Shown one piece after another: positions 1 through 7,034 of a DNA stretch of 36,716 nucleotides. This DNA comes from Candidatus Thorarchaeota archaeon (GTDB lineage Archaea; Asgardarchaeota; Thorarchaeia; Thorarchaeales; Thorarchaeaceae). Both the position numbers and the translations under genes were made by a program. Within the stretch, counting starts at the first letter, position 1; every line of letters starts with the position of its first letter. The stretch lies in the NCBI GenBank assembly GCA_046482545.1, contig JAWOEX010000001.1:1-36716 (forward strand), given 5' to 3'. Below the pieces are notes generated by a model. That model had not been told where the DNA came from and did no database searches. It was given only the letters and a program-made list of their open reading frames with translations.

Positions 1-843
1 ATTAATAGTCTCAACTGTAGCTGTATACAATTCTTCTACAGTTTCAAGAGCCCTTCTCGCTTCTACGCGTTTGGTAATCTCTTTTACAGATGCAATTATA
101 TCCGTACCGTTTTCATGAAGAGAAATTTTCGCTGAGAACCATATGTCCCTACCATCAATCTCAATCTTGTAATTAATGATTTCACTCTCTCCGAGATTAC
201 GCACTTTTTCCATTGCATCACTGTATAACTTAGACACATCGGGAGGAAGTACTTCGGCAACATGCTTGCCTAGGAACTCAGAAGGTGGTAGAAGAAGCAA
301 GTCTTCATTGGAGCAGAAGTAGTCGATGAATCTATTCCGGCCATCGAGTACGAACACTATGTCATGCATTGAACTAACAAGACTTCTTAATTCCTGCTTG
401 CTTTCACGGAGCGCTTCTTCTGCTTCTCCTTTCTTCCGAGGTAATCCCTTCTTTTCAAAATAACCAGCTGCGGTATTTGACACATTATCCATATCGAGGT
501 GCTTGATTATGTAATCAGTTGCACTACCACCGAGAGATTCTACTGCATCACTCACAATTGCACGACCGGTTATTACGATGATGTCCATATCCGGGCTTTG
601 AGTTGATAGTTTGTTCAGGAACTCAGCAACTTTAAAATCCGGCAGACGCGTATCTAACAGGGCAATATCAAACATCTCTTCGGCAGCCCTTCTCAATGCC
701 TCAGCGCCAGTGCGAGCTACCTCTGTTGCGAATCCTTTCCTTGCAAGAATGAGCTTGAGGGTTCTACGCAGGCTCTCATTGGAGTGGATGACAAGAATTT
801 TGCCAAGTTCAGTACTACCACGCTCACTACTGATCAATGGCAC
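1..843 (-). CDS. Receiver (REC) + PAS domain signalling protein, 3' end runs off the window
   Basis: Manual translation, absent from the ORF track because it has no stop in the window. KILVIHSNESLRRTL..FDIALLDTRLPD..IIVITG..DYIIK is REC-like; EALRESKQELRSLVSSMHDIVFVLD..GKHVAEVLP..WFSAKIS..EITKR is PAS/PAC-like. Start is GTG 843 or TTG 837, with an in-frame stop at 859-861. Confidence 0.88.
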   Translation of the reverse strand, partial: MPLISSERGSTELGKILVIHSNESLRRTLKLILARKGFATEVARTGAEALRRAAEEMFDIALLDTRLPDFKVAEFLNKLSTQSPDMDIIVITGRAIVSDAVESLGGSATDYIIKHLDMDNVSNTAAGYFEKKGLPRKKGEAEEALRESKQELRSLVSSMHDIVFVLDGRNRFIDYFCSNEDLLLLPPSEFLGKHVAEVLPPDVSKLYSDAMEKVRNLGESEIINYKIEIDGRDIWFSAKISLHENGTDIIASVKEITKRVEARRALETVEELYTATVETIN

Positions 844-2560
844 ATCCCACAGCGTATTTTATCGTCATTTCCCTCACTCGGAGGGACGTATTCGCAGTCG
901 TTACCTCTGCAAGACCAAAGCACCTGAATAGGATTTAAACCAAGTGTAATCTCTTTGCCAGACTTTTTTGATCTGGTTTTGAATTTCTTCAACGCATATG
1001 TGGATTGTCTGTCGGGTGATATAGTGAAAGAACTAGGTATTCCCATTGTTTTGGTAATAGCAGTCGGGTTCACAGCGAGCTCCAGAATTTCGGCCTCTAG
1101 CTGTCTTCTCGAAACCATCCTTACTTCCCACTCAACACACACTCGGGGCAATCGTGTATCTCCTAGGATACTCATTTTACGAGACGTATCTCTTAGGAGA
1201 AGCCTGCCATACAAATCACACATCAGCTCCAATGCGAGGTTGTTAATACATGAATAAATACTCTGGTAGCCTTATTAGTCTAATTCAAACGTATGGAAAT
1301 AATACTTACATATTGTTCCAAAAAATGTAGTATATGAGGAACTTGGGTTGGTCAGCCCATATCCAAAGAGCACTTTCTCGCGAAACCCTCAGTTAAATAA
1401 TCAGTATGTCAACAACTTCGACAAAGAAAGAGCCGCCTTGGAATGGCTCTTCCTGCATTCGTTACTGGATATCTTGTAGGTCTGACCGAAGTCGCACATG
1501 CTTCTCATCATGACCAAGAATAATTGAACAAGTCTGTATTTGGAAATACAGCCAGAGCTCTTATAGAGTCCCAATCTGTTAGTCTCCAAGGTGATACCCC
1601 TTGAAAGTATGTCAACTGTCTGCCATTCTACTAATTGCCGTTATTCTCCCTACTAGCCTCTGAGAACTGATTTTGGGTACTAGTCGAAAACAACATCTGG
1701 CGTTAGCACTTGTTTCTCTGCCTTGGCTTCAAGCTCTTCAACGCCTACTTCCGGTTCTAAACCCTTTCTTTTCAATATGGCGAGTAGAAGAATATTGAGG
1801 ATAAAAGCAATCAGCAGCAGTGGAAGTCCTTGGAGGAAATTATAGATTACACCCGCAATTAGTGATCCTACTGCAAGGGATAGCATTATTGCAGTTTTTG
1901 TCAGACTGAGCATTTTACCCAAGTCTTGACGAGGCAAGTATTTCTGAATATATGTATCAATGAGGCTTTGCCATAGAACATCATTGATTGATTTCATAGC
2001 CGTTGCGATAAAAGCTAGTGAAAAAATCACTTTCAAACCGGGAAATATGGTATCGACAAAAGAAACCCACGCAAGTGGGGCCGCATAGGGAATATACTGG
2101 GCAATGATGAGCAAGCCAATTGCTATGGGCATTACCGCATAGATAACTACTGTCAGTTTGTATCCCCCATTCTTGTCGAATAGATGTCCGATGAGCAGCG
2201 TGAGCGGCACTGAAATCAGTAATGTTATGAATAGAATGAGGTTGATTTCATGCATGCCGAAATCCAGCGTCTCGTTCATATAGTATAATTCTGTGAATCT
2301 GTAGAAGCTGTCACTTAGTGCGTCAACGATCAGAACCGCCAAAAACACCGGGAAGACTTTCGCCAAGAGCTTCAATCCTCGAGAATTCTCGGATTTAAAG
2401 TCCTCAAGAATATGGTCTACATCTTGTTGTCTCTCAGGTATTTTGGTTGATTTCAGTACTGTTGCCCGGATGACTGCGCAAACCGAGTATAGGATACCGG
2501 CTATAAAAAGCAGGATTCTCATCACATCTACAAATACCCCTCCAAGATTCAAGAATAGGC

Positions 2561-2630
2561 AAGTTTTACACAAATCCTAAAAAAATCCGAGTGGAAGAGT
2601 GTAAAATATCTGTAAGATTTCCTGTAAGTG
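2561..2630. repeat. Left-end array of ~11-bp-spaced TGTAARAYTT-like motifs in inverted and direct orientation (copy 1)
   Basis: aagttttaca 2561, aaatcctaaa 2572, then tgtaaaatat 2600, tgtaagattt 2611, tgtaagtg 2623. Confidence 0.7.
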
Positions 2631-2655
2631 CTACTGTGACCGAGGGCGGTAGGAC

Positions 2656-2662
2656 TTTATTA
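2656..2662 (+). promoter_or_regulatory. Putative archaeal TATA box for the element RNA (copy 1)
   Basis: GGAC(T/C)TTATTAGGCCCA is conserved in both copies within otherwise divergent sequence. It lies ~25 nt upstream of the conserved TTTCAGTAGGACTAGG where the structured region starts. Confidence 0.6.
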
Positions 2663-2685
2663 GGCCCAGTACGAAATTTCGTTTC

Positions 2686-3114
2686 AGTAGGACTAGGCAA
2701 GTGGGCTAGTGTTGTAACACGACGCACGCGGCCGAAAGCTGCAAGGAAGACTCGTTCTTCTAAACAGAAGTCCTCACTCTCCAAACAAGGGGCTTCATCG
2801 AGCTCTGGAGAGTCCGCGGCTGTTCACCTTGTCCGTAATGGACCTCCTCAGCTACGGCGACAAGGCTGAGGTGGGTGATCATGACCACGCCGTGGCAAGA
2901 ACTGTGGAAGACCTCGCTGTTGCCGGGAGTGATGACCCGGGACAACGACAGGAGACAGAAACCAGGACCGCGGGAGGAACCCTGTTCCGGTGAACGCGGA
3001 CAAAGCCCCTGCTGACTCACGGGCCTACGGGTACCGTGGGAGCGGCGATGCTGGCAGGGGAAGGGTGGAACACAGAAGTTTCATGCAGTTCCTAGAACTG
3101 TAAGAAATGGGTTA
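2686..3114 (+). ncRNA. Large structured ncRNA of unknown family, copy 1
   Basis: GC-rich stems with compensatory substitutions relative to copy 2. The cUACGg tetraloop (3025-3030) and G-U wobbles indicate the + strand. Ends are approximate. Confidence 0.8.
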
Positions 3115-4136
3115 TCAAGAGAATGCTCACGACGTAGAGGGGAACCAGACCGAGTCCCGTACCGAGAGTGAACAGACTTTGTGCTACTCCACCGAATTTC
3201 CTATCGATTTGTTCCATATAGTAAGCTCTGCCGGCTGTTCTCGTAAAAGCTGAAGCCCCGATAATTATCATTGAAACAGCAAGTGTACGAAAATCACCGG
3301 AAACTGAAAGCAAAAGGTATCCTGCAGATGATAAAGCCATAGTCCCAACAGCAATCTTTCTCCTATCGTAGTTGTCAGCGAAATACCCCGAAACGAAGTT
3401 GCCAACAAGTCTGATTCCAAAAAGAACTGAAAACAGTATCCCTATCAGAACATACGAAATGCCAATATCTCTGAAGTAAACGGCAAAGTAGCGGTCTAGG
3501 ACTAACATACTGCTGTATATCCAAACGGTAATGAGATATACTGAGCAGTTTCGTTTTGCAGTGACTCCCCTAAAGGATTCCTTCCAACCAAGACTAGTTG
3601 CTTCTGGCTCCTCTGACGCGGAGTTATCTCTCTTTTCAGTTTGGCATACTTGAGCTGCCCCCATGAAGTTACCAGCTCTGAGAAAGGGTGGGCGTGACGT
3701 TGCTTGCTTCTAGGCGAATCAGGTTGGGCATTGAATTTTCCTGAATCAGTGTGAATCTCTCACTTGATGTCCGATGAATTTCGTTTTAAAAAATTTCCTC
3801 AAACGTACTCGTGCTATAGATAGAACGGTGAACGAAAATAGAGAATAGCGGCCAATGAAGCATGTAGGGATTGGTGATAGTAAGCCACTTTCGCCATATG
3901 GCGTTAAGATATCGATCGATGTATGTAGCAAGTCTGGATGTCCAGTTTCGGCACAAAGCTAACTTTCGAGTCTCCTATCTCGTTATCCTCGGTTCTTTCA
4001 TTTCCAAACAGAAGACTAGAGAGACATTGCAGATACATCGTCTGCGAATGGCCGAAGGAGATAAGTAGGATGCTTCGAGATAGGTGATTTATCTAAGGCT
4101 CCACTTGGAGCAGAGAAAAGAAAGTAGGACAGATTA

Positions 4137-5390
4137 ATGATGACACGAAAGGTATGTATTGCTGGCGGCGCGACGACTCCCTTCGATTATCCGTTGCATG
4201 CAACACCTGAAGCGATGATAGCGAACTGTATCGTGGAGACACAGGAAGATATTCCTGACTTCACGTTACGCGATCTCGAGTTCATGGTGTACAGCCACTT
4301 TAGTGTTCACTTCGGAAAACAGCTTTGTCCGGAGTGGATAGTGCATGATCATCTCGGATTGGTTGGACTTCCCCACTTCCGAGTTGAAAACGGCGGAAAC
4401 ACAGGAGGCTCAGCTTTGTATGCGGCATTTCTGGCTGTGAAGTCAGGCATGTTTGATGTTGTAGGTGTGGCCGGTTGGGAGACTATGGATAATGTGACCC
4501 AGTCACAGGGTTCGGAATTCATCGCACTGGCTTCGGATACGAGGTATGAAGCCTTGGCTGGAGGGATTTATCCAATCTACTATGCAGCTATGGCTTACAA
4601 GTTCATGAAAGAACATGACTTGACCGAGGAAGACTTCGCTTTGGCAGGCATGAAGAATCGTAACTATGCTTGTGACAATCCGAAAGCACAATGGCACAGA
4701 AATGAGAATGAGAAAATCACTGTTGATGATGTAATGAATAGCAGGCTGATCAGCTATCCGCTGAAGAAGTATGACTGCTGCTTGATGAGTCGCGGTGGTT
4801 CATTTGCTCTTGTGACATCCGAAGAATGGGCGAAGGAGAATGCTGATGGAAAATATGTAACTATCGATGGCGCTGGTTTGAGCAGCTGTACGATTCGAGC
4901 AGGTGACAGATTGGCGTTTCCAGGTTGGACAGAAATGTACGGTGAAGGTTATCCCGATATGACGGAATTCGGTGCTTGCCGGAAATCTGGTGAAGATGCC
5001 TATGATATGGCCGGGATTGAGTATGACAGAGCAGCAAAAGAAATCGATGTTGCTGAGATTCATGATGCTTTCTCATCGTCTGAAACTCAGATTTACAAAG
5101 CACTTCATTGGTGTGACAAGGACAATATCAAGGACTTCGTTCGCAACAAGCGGACTTTCATGGAAGGAGATCTTCCAGTCAATCCTGGTGGAGGTCTCAT
5201 GGGCTTTGGTCATCCAGTTGGTGCCACAGGCATTATGTCAGCGATAGAGTGTTACTACCAGCTAACTGACATGATACCGGACAAGCATCTCAGCTCAGAT
5301 ACGTATGTCAGAGATGCGGAGACTGGTCTTGTGAACAGTCACGCAGGAACTGGCACGAGTATATCCAACTTCATTCTCAGGAGGCCATAG
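4137..5390 (+). CDS. Thiolase-fold (SCP2-thiolase-like) protein lacking the nucleophilic Cys
   Basis: KNRNYACDNPKAQ, PLKKYDCC, EIHDAF and VNPGGGLMGFGHPVGATG motifs. RVENGGNTGG replaces the usual E-x-A-C-A-S-G. Confidence 0.9.
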   Translation: MMTRKVCIAGGATTPFDYPLHATPEAMIANCIVETQEDIPDFTLRDLEFMVYSHFSVHFGKQLCPEWIVHDHLGLVGLPHFRVENGGNTGGSALYAAFLAVKSGMFDVVGVAGWETMDNVTQSQGSEFIALASDTRYEALAGGIYPIYYAAMAYKFMKEHDLTEEDFALAGMKNRNYACDNPKAQWHRNENEKITVDDVMNSRLISYPLKKYDCCLMSRGGSFALVTSEEWAKENADGKYVTIDGAGLSSCTIRAGDRLAFPGWTEMYGEGYPDMTEFGACRKSGEDAYDMAGIEYDRAAKEIDVAEIHDAFSSSETQIYKALHWCDKDNIKDFVRNKRTFMEGDLPVNPGGGLMGFGHPVGATGIMSAIECYYQLTDMIPDKHLSSDTYVRDAETGLVNSHAGTGTSISNFILRRP

Positions 5391-5392
5391 AA

Positions 5393-6052
5393 ATGACGAA
5401 GGATGAAAGAAAGCACGATATTCCCGACAAAGTAGAGTACAACGAGAAGCACCCCGACAAGTTCAGAGGGGATGTTGAGGAGGAAGGTTTCCATTTCTGT
5501 GGATACGACTATGACGATGAGGAGGAACAGTTCAAGGTCTACCTCCATTATGATCAGCTGTACTACTGGAAGTATGCTGAACTCTCAAAAATGGGTAAAG
5601 GCCTGATGGACGGAGAGCTCTGGGGAACTCAGTGTCCTCAGTGCGGTGACAAGTTCTTCCCGCCACGAGTTAACTGCTGGAACCTCGATTGTAATTTGGA
5701 GAAGACTGATTGGATCAAGCTCAAACCAGAGGGCCATGTCCATACATACACCATTGCAGGATGGAGCGGGCGATCCTCACTCAAGAGACTCCCATTTGTC
5801 TTGGCTTACGTAGTTGTTGATGGTTGCAAGACTGCAGTCGCTAACGAGCTTCGGGGCATAGATCCATGGAATGCGGAGTTCGAGATGCCTGTGAAGGTAG
5901 TATGGGCTGACAAGGAAGATCGAAGAGGAACCATCACGGACTTCTGGTTCGAGCCGGGAGATGATTGGGAACCTTCTGGCATGAATGCTGAGAAGGAGCG
6001 CATGAAGGAACTCTGTGAACCCGTATACGAATGGGTCAAATCTTTGAAATAG
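5393..6052 (+). CDS. DUF35 family Zn-ribbon/OB-fold protein (thiolase partner)
   Basis: GTQCPQCGDKFFPPRVNCWNLDC Zn ribbon followed by GHVHTYT..PFVLAYV..MPVKVVW; begins 2 bp after the thiolase stop. Confidence 0.88.
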   Translation: MTKDERKHDIPDKVEYNEKHPDKFRGDVEEEGFHFCGYDYDDEEEQFKVYLHYDQLYYWKYAELSKMGKGLMDGELWGTQCPQCGDKFFPPRVNCWNLDCNLEKTDWIKLKPEGHVHTYTIAGWSGRSSLKRLPFVLAYVVVDGCKTAVANELRGIDPWNAEFEMPVKVVWADKEDRRGTITDFWFEPGDDWEPSGMNAEKERMKELCEPVYEWVKSLK

Positions 6053-6060
6053 TACGATCG

Positions 6061-6107
6061 GAGTTGGTGGTTCTATACCATCAACTCTCCTTTCTCTTTT
6101 TATTTTA
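6061..6107 (+). terminator. Hairpin plus T-rich tract after the thiolase/DUF35 operon
   Basis: gagttggtggt (6061-6071) pairs with accatcaactc (6077-6087), followed by tttctctttttatttt. It could alternatively be the IS200/605 left-end hairpin. Confidence 0.5.
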
Positions 6108-6133
6108 CATCTGTATAATAAAAGCGATATATA

Positions 6134-6442
6134 ATGGAACGTTGGAAAGTATCAAATACTTGCGTCTATAATTTAGGTTATCATTTGATATGGTGTCCTA
6201 AATATAGAAGGCCAGTATTAGTTGATGATATTGCTGGGAGGCTAAAAGAACTCCTACGGGAGAAAGCATCTTCAATATCTGTATCAATTAAAACGATGGA
6301 GATATTGCCTGACCATGTTCATCTTTTTGTTAAGACGGTTCCGAATGCTCCACCCCATTGGATTGTACAACAACTGAAAGGTTATACTTCGAGAACATTA
6401 AGACAAGAGTTTTCTTCATTATTGAAAATGCCAACTCTCTGG
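6134..6442 (+). mobile_element. tnpA: Truncated IS200/IS605 Y1 transposase
   Basis: YNLGYHLIWCPKYRR, HUH motif DHVHLFV and LKGYTSR..PTLW. Similarity stops before the catalytic Tyr helix. The segment is AT-rich. Confidence 0.9.
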
Positions 6443-6962
6443 AACAACCTTTGGACTCTTCCATATTCTGATAATGGCAGCTCTCATATTTTGTGGACTG
6501 GGCGACATCGCCATGGAATACGATATTTTACCGGGCCTGGGACTTTTTCTAATTGCTCATATTCTCTTCACAGCAAACTTTGGATTTCACAGTCTGGCCA
6601 ATCTAGGATTGGTCCCTATTCTTGCATTTATTCTGGCTATGATTTTTCTTTCTTGCTATATTTTGTTCTTTCACAAGTATCTCCAGGGTGCAGACGAACC
6701 GACGGAATTACTCCCGGGTGTGGACGTTTACGCAATTCTTATTTCGCTGACTCTTGGGTCTTCTCTACTTCTTTGGCTGTCTACTGCTACCATGTTGGGA
6801 TTTCTACCTCTTTTGGGAGCAGGTTTCTTCATCTTCTCGGATTCGCTAATCGGTGTGCGAGAATTCCATCATAGATTCAAATACGATGAAACGCTCACTA
6901 TGATTACTTATTATCTCGCGGTCTTCCTGTTATCACTTGGAAGTATTGTGTACGCTCTCTAA
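6443..6962 (+). pseudogene. 5'-truncated YhhN/TMEM86 (lysoplasmalogenase-like) membrane protein
   Basis: ALIFCGLGDI..GLGLFLIAHILF..GAGFFIFSDSLIG..MITYYLA are YhhN motifs. The N-terminal helices are missing and replaced by the tnpA fragment. Confidence 0.75.
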
Positions 6963-7034
6963 TCTTCTATCTTGAAGAAGAGCTGGTGCCGGGCCAACGC
7001 TATTGCACCTGTCTTGCCCGAGGGAAGGGACCTA

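Larger units (their letters stand above)
2549..3120 (+). mobile_element. Non-autonomous insertion element, copy 1, flanked by TCAAGA direct repeats
   Basis: TCAAGA at 2549-2554 and 3115-3120. Homologous end-to-end to 21629-22210. Interrupts a gene precisely and has no conserved ORF. Confidence 0.9.
1680..3664 (-). pseudogene. MFS transporter split by the non-coding insertion (N-half 3115-3664, C-half 1680-2554)
   Basis: MFS motif A-like GYFADNYDRRK and GHLFDKNGGYK, with many TM helices. Removing 566 bp between the TCAAGA repeats gives in-frame ..VVSILL-NLGGVFVD.., 472 aa in total. Confidence 0.92.

Noticed and set aside
834-1630. ORFs 834-1232, 955-1257 and 1401-1589
   Set aside because: No recognisable motifs and mutually overlapping; possibly decayed sequence.
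2929-2935. Box C-like GUGAUGA loop
   Set aside because: Copy 2 has GUGAUGU, and there is no properly placed box D.
2566-3020. Short ORFs inside the element (also 21657-22330)
   Set aside because: Starts, stops and frames differ between copies. Substitutions preserve base pairing rather than codons, and there are no transposase motifs.
2740-3115. RNase P RNA-like words (GAGGAA, ACAGAAG, terminal GGGUUAU)
   Set aside because: I could not build a canonical P4 with bulged U or a P1 closing helix, and a duplicated gene-disrupting location is atypical. A cmsearch with the archaeal RNase P model would settle it.
3114-3118. TTGAT (ISDra2-type target) on the minus strand at the element end, with a tnpA nearby
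   Set aside because: IS200/605 elements make no direct repeats and rely on subterminal DNA hairpins. The symmetric arms and 6-bp core fit recombination better, and the local tnpA is truncated. Not fully excluded.
2549-3120. Group I/II intron or IStron explanation
   Set aside because: No GUGYG start or domain V, and no U|..G| splice junction consistent with the frame. The structured strand is antisense to the interrupted gene.
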